Source: an uncultured Clostridium sp. (GTDB lineage Bacteria; Bacillota; Clostridia; TANB77; CAG-508). From it: a DNA stretch of 54,389 bases. The notes under the pieces were generated by a model. That model ran no database searches and was not told the DNA's origin. It saw only the letters and a program-made list of their open reading frames with translations. The DNA lies in contig CAZSMG010000003.1 in the NCBI GenBank assembly GCA_964608075.1, positions 1-54,389 of the forward strand. Direction: 5' to 3'. Position 1 is the first letter of the stretch. Every line of letters begins with the position of its first letter. This document shows, one piece after another, positions 26,243 through 34,812 of this stretch. The position numbers and the translations under genes were made by a program.

Positions 26243-27112
26243 ATGAATAGTAATAACAAATTAGAAACAATATCAAATCTTTTTGAAGGAATAGAAATAA
26301 GAAGTATATGGAATACAGAAAAAGAAGAATATTTTTTTAGTGTAGTTGATGTTATTAGTGCATTGACAGATAGTAAAATTCCAAGGAATTATTGGAGTGA
26401 TTTAAAACGAAAATTAATAGAAGAGGGAAGTGAGTTGCACGAAAAAATCGTGCAACTGAAATTAAAATCAAATAAAGATGGAAAAAGATATATTACAGAT
26501 ACCTTAGATACGGAAGGAATCATAAGATTAATAGAGTCAGTTCCAAGTTCAAAGGCAGAACCTTTCAAATTATGGCTTGCATCTTTAGGTAAAGAAAGAA
26601 TAGATGAGGTCTTTGATCCAGAAATAGCAGTTAATAGAGCAATTGATTATTATAGAAGTAAAGGATATTCAGATAAATGGATTGAATCAAGACTTAAAGG
26701 AATATTGGATAGAAAAAGATTGACTGATATTTGGAAAGAAAATGGTATTAAAGAAAATTACGAATATGCAGTTTTAACAAATGATATATATAAAACTTGG
26801 TCTGGAATGAAAGCATCAGAATATAAAAATTATAAAAATATTAGGAAAGAGTCTTTAAGAGATAATATGACAGATGTAGAGGTAGCTCTTACAGATTTAG
26901 GAGAAATTGCAACTCGTGAACTTGCAAAAAAGCATAGACCACAAGGATTAAAAGCAAATAGAAAGATTGCAAAGGAAGGAGGAGAAGTTGCTAAAACGGC
27001 TCGTGATGATTTAGAACAAAAACTTGGAGAAACAATTATTAGTAAAGAAAATAGATTGAATTATAAATATTTAGAAGATAATAAAAAACTAGAAGATAAA
27101 AATAGTAATTAA
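26243..27112 (+). CDS. Bro-N domain protein with DinD-like C-terminal region (phage antirepressor-like)
   Basis: ATG at 26243 follows AAGGAGGT. N-terminal Bro-N-like FEGIEIRSIWNTEKEEYFFSVVDVISALTDS. C-terminus SLRDNMTDVEVALTDLGEIATRE parallels the DinD-like fragment at 2-328. Confidence 0.7.
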   Translation: MNSNNKLETISNLFEGIEIRSIWNTEKEEYFFSVVDVISALTDSKIPRNYWSDLKRKLIEEGSELHEKIVQLKLKSNKDGKRYITDTLDTEGIIRLIESVPSSKAEPFKLWLASLGKERIDEVFDPEIAVNRAIDYYRSKGYSDKWIESRLKGILDRKRLTDIWKENGIKENYEYAVLTNDIYKTWSGMKASEYKNYKNIRKESLRDNMTDVEVALTDLGEIATRELAKKHRPQGLKANRKIAKEGGEVAKTARDDLEQKLGETIISKENRLNYKYLEDNKKLEDKNSN

Positions 27113-27357
27113 GATGAAACTACTTAATTTAATAAATATAAAAATAGCAAATGTAAAAGTAGATATAAGCACTATAAAAACAGAAAATACCTCAATTAAA
27201 ATTGAAGACAGGAAAGTGAGTATTAACATATCGTCTACATACATTGAAGGGCAAACTTTCAGGACTTAATACTTGAGAAAGGAAGGTTAATTTTGAAAGT
27301 ACAAGTTATAGAGAAGAAATAAAAGGGAATTTAAGAGTATATGCCTATGCAAGAGTT

Positions 27358-27385
27358 AGTATACTATATTTTTATTATATGTCAA
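27358..27385 (-). promoter_or_regulatory. orphan copy of the minus-strand sRNA promoter (TTGACA-16-TATACT)
   Basis: Reverse complement reads TTGACAtataataaaaatatagTATACT, near-identical to 10258-10286. No adjacent toxin-like ORF or leader was found. Confidence 0.5.
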
Positions 27386-27460
27386 AAGATATTAGAATAT
27401 TTACAAAAAATTTAGTCGACATTTTTCTACATATTAATTTTAAAATATTGTAGTATTTTA

Positions 27461-27489
27461 TTGACTATAAAAAACTATTAGAGTATTAT
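27461..27489 (+). promoter_or_regulatory. sigma-A promoter (TTGACT-17-TATTAT) for the yfhO-like operon
   Basis: Hexamers and spacing, 35 nt upstream of the ATG at 27524. Confidence 0.5.
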
Positions 27490-27523
27490 ATATTAAGAAA
27501 ATAATAAAGGGAAAAGTAGATAG

Positions 27524-30274
27524 ATGAAGGAAAAGATAAAAGAAAAAATCAAACAAATATATCCAAAAATAAATGTATATTTAATATACACAATTTTATT
27601 TACAATTTTATCATTTTTAATATATTACATATTTCTAAATTCAGGAAAAAGTTTTATATGGCAAGAAGATGGGCTAAAGCAACATTTTGCAATATTATAT
27701 AATTTTAACGAAACTATAAGAAATGTATTTACAAATGGTATTAATCTTTTTTCTTGGGAAACAGGACTTGGACTAGATGTAATAGGTCAATATTCTTATT
27801 ATATATTAGGAGACCCATTTGCATACTTAAGTTTATTATTTCCAATGAACAAATTAGAATTAGCATATAATGCATTAATAATTATTAGAATGTATTTTGT
27901 AGGAATAGCATTTTTAGCATTTTGTAAATACAATAAAAAAGATAACTTTAATTCTATATTAGGATGTATAATATACACTTTTTCTGGATTCATATTATAT
28001 TCAGGGGTAAGACATCCATATTTTTTAAATGCAGCAATTTTATTACCATTAGTATTTTTAGGAATAGATAAACTTTTAAAAGAAGATAAAATAAACTTTT
28101 TTATAATTATGATTGCTATTACAGCAATTGTAAATTACTATTTCTTATATATGATTACAATTTTAGGTATTATATATGGATTAGTAAAATATAGATCAGA
28201 ATATAAAAACAAAGGAATAAAAGTATTTTTAAATAAACTTTTAAAAGCATTTTTAGGCTATATTATAGGTATATTAATTGCTGGAATAATATTACTTCCA
28301 ACAATATATAGTTATTTAAATTCAAATAGATTAACAAATTGTGAAAATGTAAAATATAATTTTAAATATTATGCAAGCTTATTTACAGGATTTACATCTA
28401 ATAATAGTTTATATTGGACACGAATATGTACAACATCATTTACACTAATAATGTTACCAGTAGCTTTTGTTAATAGAAATAAAAATAAAGAAAATAGAAC
28501 ATTTTTTATAAGTATATTAATAACAACAATTATGTTATTAATTCCATTTTGTAGCTCACTAATGAATGGATTATCATTTAGTACAAATAGATGGGTATTT
28601 GGCTATGTATTTTTACTTTCATATATGATAGTATTAAATTTTAGAAAAGATTTAAAATATACAAAAGAAGAATTAGCATATATGGTTTTAACATTAGTTG
28701 TATATTGTATAGGAATAGTATTTTGCAAGGGAAAAGCAGAAATAAGAATATCACTAATTACTACTTTTTTAGCTATAATTATGTTTTCTATAATAGCTTT
28801 AATAAATATGCTTAAAAATAAAGATAAAACAAAATATGAAAACATATTTAGTTATGGAAAATATGCTATATTTTGCTTAATTATTATTAATATAGTATTT
28901 TGTGGATATAATTTATATTCAAAATCAGGTAAAAAATATATTAAAGAATTTATAAAATCTGGTAAAGTTACACAAAAGTATGATAATTATAATAATAAAA
29001 TAAAAGGATTTGACAAAGCAATAGAAAAAATTAAAGACGATGATAATACTTTTTATAGAATTTCTACAAACAAGTATAATTATCCTAATATATCACTAGT
29101 ACATAATTATAAATCATTAAATTCATATTTATCTGTAGGAAATAAATATGTGGGAAAATTATCTAAAGAACTTCAAAATAGATTATATAATTCAGATACA
29201 AATCCATTAAAAGAGTTTGACAATAGAACTAAAATTACAACATTACTTGGAACAAAATATTTTGTTGTAAATGAGAAGAATAAAGAATATGTACCATATG
29301 GATATAATTTATATAGAGAAATATCACAAAAAAATAAAACAACACAAATATATAAAAATCAAAACAATTTAGGACTAGGCGTATTTTATGATAATTATAT
29401 ATTACAAGAACAATATAATAAATTAAATGCATTAGAAAAAGAACAAATTATATTAGACACAGCAGTTTTAGAACAAGAACCTAAGAATAATATTTTAAAA
29501 AATGTAGATATAGTAGATAAAGTAAAATCAAGTACTTGTGTAAATGTAAAATATAAAATTAGAAACAACAAAATTTTAAAGCAAAATAAAATAACCACAA
29601 CAAAGAAAAATCAAAAATTAGTACTAGATATTGATAAAATAGAAAATAGCGAATTATATTTAGTAATACAAAACTTTGACTATGATGGAACTGAAAAAAA
29701 TGATATTAAAATTAATTATAAAAACATTAAAAAAGTACAAAAGTTTAGAGATAAAGAAGTAGATCCATATTATTCTTATAATCCAAATATATTAATAAAT
29801 TTAGGCTATAGCAAAATACATAATGGAAAAATCGAAATACAATTTACAAACAAAGGAGAATATAGTTTTAAGAAAATATATGTTATAGCAGTCTCAATGG
29901 ATTCTTATGATAAAAGTATACAAAAGTTAAAACAGACTAAGTTTAACTTAGAAAAATATGAAAATGATGAAATTATAGGCAATATAAAAAATGACAAATC
30001 AGGAATATTACAATTATCAATACCATATACAAAAGGTTGGACAGCATATGTAGATAGTAAAAAGGTTGATACAACTATAGTAAATACAGCATTTGTTGGA
30101 ATTGCTTTAGAAAAAGGAAATCATAATATAGTTTTAAAATATGAAACTCCATATTTAAAACTAGGAATAATATTTAGTATTATAGGTGTAATAGTGTTTA
30201 TATTTATAACTATATATCAAAAAAGCATTATGGAAAAAAAGATTAAAAATGGTGATAAGGATGGAAATAAATAA
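27524..30274 (+). CDS. YfhO family membrane protein (GT-C type extracytoplasmic glycosyltransferase)
   Basis: 916 aa. Many TM helices in the first ~480 aa, a large soluble C-terminal part and a terminal TM helix. N-terminal FIWQEDGLKQHFAILYNF is typical of the YfhO family. Confidence 0.7.
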   Translation: MKEKIKEKIKQIYPKINVYLIYTILFTILSFLIYYIFLNSGKSFIWQEDGLKQHFAILYNFNETIRNVFTNGINLFSWETGLGLDVIGQYSYYILGDPFAYLSLLFPMNKLELAYNALIIIRMYFVGIAFLAFCKYNKKDNFNSILGCIIYTFSGFILYSGVRHPYFLNAAILLPLVFLGIDKLLKEDKINFFIIMIAITAIVNYYFLYMITILGIIYGLVKYRSEYKNKGIKVFLNKLLKAFLGYIIGILIAGIILLPTIYSYLNSNRLTNCENVKYNFKYYASLFTGFTSNNSLYWTRICTTSFTLIMLPVAFVNRNKNKENRTFFISILITTIMLLIPFCSSLMNGLSFSTNRWVFGYVFLLSYMIVLNFRKDLKYTKEELAYMVLTLVVYCIGIVFCKGKAEIRISLITTFLAIIMFSIIALINMLKNKDKTKYENIFSYGKYAIFCLIIINIVFCGYNLYSKSGKKYIKEFIKSGKVTQKYDNYNNKIKGFDKAIEKIKDDDNTFYRISTNKYNYPNISLVHNYKSLNSYLSVGNKYVGKLSKELQNRLYNSDTNPLKEFDNRTKITTLLGTKYFVVNEKNKEYVPYGYNLYREISQKNKTTQIYKNQNNLGLGVFYDNYILQEQYNKLNALEKEQIILDTAVLEQEPKNNILKNVDIVDKVKSSTCVNVKYKIRNNKILKQNKITTTKKNQKLVLDIDKIENSELYLVIQNFDYDGTEKNDIKINYKNIKKVQKFRDKEVDPYYSYNPNILINLGYSKIHNGKIEIQFTNKGEYSFKKIYVIAVSMDSYDKSIQKLKQTKFNLEKYENDEIIGNIKNDKSGILQLSIPYTKGWTAYVDSKKVDTTIVNTAFVGIALEKGNHNIVLKYETPYLKLGIIFSIIGVIVFIFITIYQKSIMEKKIKNGDKDGNK

Positions 30275-31778
30275 AAAAATAGAAAAACTTATTATATATA
30301 TAGTAGAAATAATATTTATTTTAATATTAAGTTTTTTAACAATTGAAAGCATATTTAAAACATGTACTATAAACGATTATGAAATAACAAGCTATTTATA
30401 TGATAATCCAATTATTCATATTATAACAATTAGTTTAACAATATTAATTTTTATGTTTATAAACAAGAAAAAGCTACAAATTAATAAAAAGTGGTTATGG
30501 GTATTAATAGGAATATGGACCCTAATTTCTGCTGTATGGATATACATATGTGATTTATACCCAAGAGCTGATCAAAAATATATATATGAAATAGCCATGC
30601 AAATGAAACAAGGTATTTTTAAAGGATTTGATATAGGAAATTATGCATATTCTAATCCACATCAATATGGATTAATATTATATGAATATATTTTTGGATT
30701 CATATTTGGAAGTAAAAACTACTTAGGTTTACAATTGATTAATGTTGTAGCATTATTAGTATCATTTTTTTGCATATATAAAATAACTAGAATATTGTTT
30801 GAAAATAAAGAAACATCAGTTATAACAATATTTGGACTGCTTTTATTTATACCTATTTGGTTTTATATAACATTTATATATGGAAATATATTAGGATTAG
30901 CATTTTCAATGATTTCATTATTACTTATGTTAAATTATTTAGATACAAGAAAAGTAAAATTTTTAATATTTGGTGCTATTAGTATAAGTTTAGCGATAGT
31001 ATTTAAATCAAATTATTTAATAATGTTAATTGCAATAATATGTATGCTATTAATAGATATAATAGCTAATAAGAAATTTAAAAATATAATCACTATTATT
31101 TTATTAATATTAATGTATTTAGTTATTAAAAATTTAATACCAATTACAATGCATATAATAACAGGCAAAGAAAAAGCAGAAGGAATTCCAATGATAGCAT
31201 ATGTAGAAATGGGTATGCAAGAAAGTGAAAGAGCACCTGGATGGTATAATACATATAATAGGAGTGTTTATAAAAAGAATAAATATAATTCTAAAGAAGC
31301 TAAAAAGGTTATAAAACAAGATTTAAAAGAAACAATAAATAAATTTAAGAATAATCCTAAATATACCATGGAATTTTTCTATAAAAAGACTATTTCTCAG
31401 TGGAATAATCCTAATTTTCAATGTTTTTGGATAAGTAAAGCAAGAAGAACTGGAACAGGAAAAGAAAAATCAGTAATTACAAAATCTGTTAATGGGTCAG
31501 GAAAAGTTAATAAAGTAATTAATGAATATATGAATATAATGCAAACAATAATATTATTTGGAGCAACTGCTTTTATGATAATTAATTTTAAAAATAACAA
31601 TGGTAGACAATTAATTTTTGCAATTATGTTTATAGGTGGATTTTTATTTCATCTAATTTGGGAAGCAAAATGCCAATATACAATAACATATTTTGTTTTA
31701 CTGATACCATATACAGTAAGAGGATATATACAATTAGCAAACATTATAAATAAAAAGTTGAAAAATAGATTAAATTAA
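30261..31778 (+). CDS. GT-C fold membrane glycosyltransferase (ArnT/PMT_2-like)
   Basis: About 12 TM helices with an ADQKYIYEIA..NPHQYG loop after TM2. The start is ambiguous (ATG 30249 or 30261). Overlaps the end of the YfhO gene. Confidence 0.6.
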   Translation: MEINKKIEKLIIYIVEIIFILILSFLTIESIFKTCTINDYEITSYLYDNPIIHIITISLTILIFMFINKKKLQINKKWLWVLIGIWTLISAVWIYICDLYPRADQKYIYEIAMQMKQGIFKGFDIGNYAYSNPHQYGLILYEYIFGFIFGSKNYLGLQLINVVALLVSFFCIYKITRILFENKETSVITIFGLLLFIPIWFYITFIYGNILGLAFSMISLLLMLNYLDTRKVKFLIFGAISISLAIVFKSNYLIMLIAIICMLLIDIIANKKFKNIITIILLILMYLVIKNLIPITMHIITGKEKAEGIPMIAYVEMGMQESERAPGWYNTYNRSVYKKNKYNSKEAKKVIKQDLKETINKFKNNPKYTMEFFYKKTISQWNNPNFQCFWISKARRTGTGKEKSVITKSVNGSGKVNKVINEYMNIMQTIILFGATAFMIINFKNNNGRQLIFAIMFIGGFLFHLIWEAKCQYTITYFVLLIPYTVRGYIQLANIINKKLKNRLN

Positions 31779-31786
31779 ATATAAAA

Positions 31787-31827
31787 ATAGAAGAAAAGAT
31801 AAATTGGTATGTTTTCTTCTATTTTTG
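31787..31827 (+). terminator. rho-independent terminator
   Basis: ATAGAAGAAAA ... TTTTCTTCTAT 11-bp stem followed by a T-run. Confidence 0.7.
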
Positions 31828-31902
31828 TAAATTTAAACTTGCATTTAAATAATAAAAGTGATAGGATAAAAAATGTAAAAAAAGAATGTTAGGAGTAATA
31901 AA

Positions 31903-32709
31903 GTGAGAACTATAATTAAAATTTTAAAGGAACATTTTGAATACAGAAAACAAATATTAAAATTAGCAAAAGCAGATTTAATAAAAACATACAGAGGTTC
32001 AGCATTAGGATGGTCTTGGGCAGTAATAAAACCAACTGTTACAATCTTTGTTTATTGGTTTGCATTTTCAATAGGATTAAGAGCAAGTAGCACAATTGCA
32101 AATTATCCTTTCTTTTTATGGTTAATTGCAGGTTTAGTTCCTTGGTTTTATATGGGAGATATGATAACACTAGGGACAAGTTGTATAAGAAAATATAGTT
32201 ATTTAGTAAATAAAATGAAATTTCCAGTATCTACAATACCAACTTTTGTAAGTATTTCTAATATGATTATTAATATTATATTAATATTAATTGTAGTAGC
32301 AATTTTTTGGGCATTTGGATATTCACCAGATGTATATTTATTACAACTACCATTTTATTTATTATTAACATTTATATTTTTTACATTATGGGCATTTTTT
32401 GCATCTTTCATAGGTGCAATGAGTAAAGACTTTGTAAATTTAGTTAGATCATTTATAACAGCTGTATTTTGGCTATCTGGTATACTTTGGGATGCAGACA
32501 CAATAACAGATCCTTGGTTACATAGGTTTTTAATGTTAAATCCAGTAACATTTTTAGTAACAGGATTTAGAAATTGTTTTATAAATAAAATATGGTTTTG
32601 GCAACAACCTAAAAGACTAATGTATTTTATAATTTTAACAGGGATTATGATAATAATAGCATTGTGGAGTTATAGAAAATTAAGAAAAGAAATACCAGAT
32701 GTTTTATAA
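31903..32709 (+). CDS. tagG: ABC-2 type teichoic acid/polysaccharide export permease (TagG-like)
   Basis: GTG start 7 nt after AGGAG. Six TM helices, N-terminal YRGSALGWSWAVIKP, and a C-terminal ...EIPDVL tail, as in TagG/Wzm permeases. Confidence 0.75.
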   Translation: MRTIIKILKEHFEYRKQILKLAKADLIKTYRGSALGWSWAVIKPTVTIFVYWFAFSIGLRASSTIANYPFFLWLIAGLVPWFYMGDMITLGTSCIRKYSYLVNKMKFPVSTIPTFVSISNMIINIILILIVVAIFWAFGYSPDVYLLQLPFYLLLTFIFFTLWAFFASFIGAMSKDFVNLVRSFITAVFWLSGILWDADTITDPWLHRFLMLNPVTFLVTGFRNCFINKIWFWQQPKRLMYFIILTGIMIIIALWSYRKLRKEIPDVL

Positions 32710-32725
32710 TATGGGGAGAATAAAT

Positions 32726-33457
32726 ATGAGTAAAACAGTAATAGAATTAAAAAATGTAACTAAAAGATATAAGTTATATAAAAATGATAAACAAAGATTA
32801 ATAGGTATATTTTTAAAAAATGTTAGATTTAGAGATAAAAAAGCAGTAGATGATGTATCTTTTACAATAAAAAAAGGAGAATCTGTTGCTATATTTGGAA
32901 AAAATGGTGCAGGAAAATCTACAATTTTAAAAATGATAACAGAAGTAGCATTTCCAACTAGTGGAAAAATAAAAGTAAATGGAAGAGTAAGTGCACTTTT
33001 AGAACTTACTTCTGGATTTGATTTAGAATTTACAGGAAGAGAAAATATATATTTAAAAGGTCAAATTTTAGGATTAACAAATAAAGAAATTAAAAGTTTA
33101 GAAAAAGAAATAGTTGATTTTGCAGAACTTGAAGAATATATCGATCAACCAGTTAGAACATATTCTAGTGGTATGAAAGCAAGATTAGGTTTTTCTATAA
33201 ATGTTAATATAAAACCAGACATTTTAATTGTAGATGAGGCTTTAAGTGTTGGTGATGAAGAATTTAAAAACAAATGTATTACAAAAGTCAATGAAATAAT
33301 TAATAAAGAAGATGTTACACTTTTATTTGTTACGCATGCTACAGGTGTAGCTAAATCTTTTTGCAAAAGAGGAATAGTAATGAATAAAGGTAAAGTAGAA
33401 TTTGATGGAGATATAGATAAAGCAATAGAAGAGTATGACAAAATAATAAGAAAATAG
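32726..33457 (+). CDS. tagH: teichoic acid/polysaccharide export ABC ATPase (short TagH/TarH-like)
   Basis: ATG at 32726 follows GGGGAG. Walker A GKNGAGKST, signature YSSGMKARL, Walker B ILIVDEAL. No C-terminal extension. Confidence 0.8.
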   Translation: MSKTVIELKNVTKRYKLYKNDKQRLIGIFLKNVRFRDKKAVDDVSFTIKKGESVAIFGKNGAGKSTILKMITEVAFPTSGKIKVNGRVSALLELTSGFDLEFTGRENIYLKGQILGLTNKEIKSLEKEIVDFAELEEYIDQPVRTYSSGMKARLGFSINVNIKPDILIVDEALSVGDEEFKNKCITKVNEIINKEDVTLLFVTHATGVAKSFCKRGIVMNKGKVEFDGDIDKAIEEYDKIIRK

Positions 33458-33471
33458 TAAAATATTTCCAT

Positions 33472-33501
33472 TTGACATATACCAAGTTTAAGTGTTATAC
33501 T
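33472..33501 (+). promoter_or_regulatory. sigma-A promoter with extended -10 (TTGACA-18-TGtTATACT)
   Basis: Perfect -35 and a TGn extended -10, upstream of the LCP gene. Confidence 0.6.
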
Positions 33502-33566
33502 ATTTAAGTCAATAAAACGAAGATTATGAAATATAAAAGGGGCAAATGTAGAAAGCAGGGATTAAA

Positions 33567-34697
33567 GTGAATCAAAATAATAGTAGACATAGTGTAAATA
33601 GAAGCAATATAAATTCAAATGTTAGAACTAATGTAAAGAAAGTTCCAAACAAGAAATCAAGAAAAAAGAATAATAGAAAAAAAGTTGCAATTGTAATATT
33701 AATGATTATAGTTATTCTAATAGGAATAATAGTAGGATTTATATATAATAAGATAAGTAAAGTTAATTTTGTTGAATTAAATAAAGAAAATTTAGGTATT
33801 GGTAATAGTACAGGATATAGAAATATTGCTTTGCTTGGTGTAGATTCAAGAAATATGAATAATACCAAAGGTTCAAGAAGTGATGCAATAATAATTGTAA
33901 GTATAAACCAAAAAACTAAAAATGTTAATTTAATATCTGTGTATAGAGATTCATATTTAGATGTTCAAGGACATGGTTTAACTAAAGTTACACATGCACA
34001 TGCTTATGGAGGACCAGAGCTTGCAATAAATACTTTAAATAGAAATTTAGATTTAGATATATCAGAATTTGTTACTGTTAATTTTGAAATAGTTGCAGAT
34101 ATAGTAGATCTAGTTGGTGGAGTAGAAGTTAATATACAAAAAAGTGAAATTAATGAAATGAATAAATATATTAAAGATACTTCAAAAAATGTTGGAAGAT
34201 CTGCTAAACCAATAACTAGTTCTGGAAAACAAAAATTAGATGGTATACAAGCTGTAACTTATGGTAGAATAAGGAAAGTAGGAAACGGAGATTATAGGAG
34301 AACAGAAAGAATGAGGACAGTTATAAAAGCAGTTTTTGATAAAGCAAAAACCATGAATGTATCAACTTTAAATGATATAGCAAATAAAATTTTACCAGAA
34401 GTACAAACAAATATAGGATTATCTGAAGTTATATCATTAATACCTTCAATAACATCAGTTAATGTTTCTGATAGCATTGGATGGCCATATGAAGTTAGAA
34501 GTTACAATTCAGGTGCATCTTATGTAGCTCCTGTAACATTAGAAGCAAATGTTGTAAAGCTACATAGAGAAGTATTTAAACAAGAAAACTATGAGGCAAG
34601 TGATATTGTAAAAGAAATTAGTAATAATATAATAAAGAAAACAGGGTATAGTAAAACAAGTATAAAATTAGATGAAAATAATACAATAAATGACTAA
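33567..34697 (+). CDS. LCP (LytR-CpsA-Psr) family glycopolymer-peptidoglycan ligase
   Basis: Basic N-terminal tail plus a TM anchor. LCP core: NIALLGVDSR...RSDAIIIVSIN...LISVYRDSY, and YGRIRKVGNGDYRRTERMR. Confidence 0.85.
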   Translation: MNQNNSRHSVNRSNINSNVRTNVKKVPNKKSRKKNNRKKVAIVILMIIVILIGIIVGFIYNKISKVNFVELNKENLGIGNSTGYRNIALLGVDSRNMNNTKGSRSDAIIIVSINQKTKNVNLISVYRDSYLDVQGHGLTKVTHAHAYGGPELAINTLNRNLDLDISEFVTVNFEIVADIVDLVGGVEVNIQKSEINEMNKYIKDTSKNVGRSAKPITSSGKQKLDGIQAVTYGRIRKVGNGDYRRTERMRTVIKAVFDKAKTMNVSTLNDIANKILPEVQTNIGLSEVISLIPSITSVNVSDSIGWPYEVRSYNSGASYVAPVTLEANVVKLHREVFKQENYEASDIVKEISNNIIKKTGYSKTSIKLDENNTIND

Positions 34698-34706
34698 CTA
34701 ACAAAA

Positions 34707-34741
34707 ATAGAGGAAAGAAGATTCTTTTCTCTATTTTTTTA
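34707..34741 (+). terminator. rho-independent terminator
   Basis: ATAGAGGAAAGA / TCTTTTCTCTAT stem (one G-U pair) followed by T8. Confidence 0.7.
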
Positions 34742-34753
34742 TTGGTTTACAAC

Positions 34754-34782
34754 TTGAAAATTATGTAAATATATGATATAAT
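34754..34782 (+). promoter_or_regulatory. sigma-A promoter with extended -10 (TTGAAA-17-TGaTATAAT)
   Basis: Hexamers and spacing, 31 nt upstream of the ATG at 34813. Confidence 0.6.
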
Positions 34783-34812
34783 ATTTGCATAGTTTTTGAA
34801 AGGAAGAAAATT

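Noticed and set aside
27114-27272. 52-codon ORF (MKLLNLINIKIANVKVDIS...) starting 1 nt after the Bro-N gene stop.
   Set aside because: No Shine-Dalgarno sequence and no recognisable features. It lies in the path of the transcript predicted from the orphan minus-strand promoter and is more likely non-coding.
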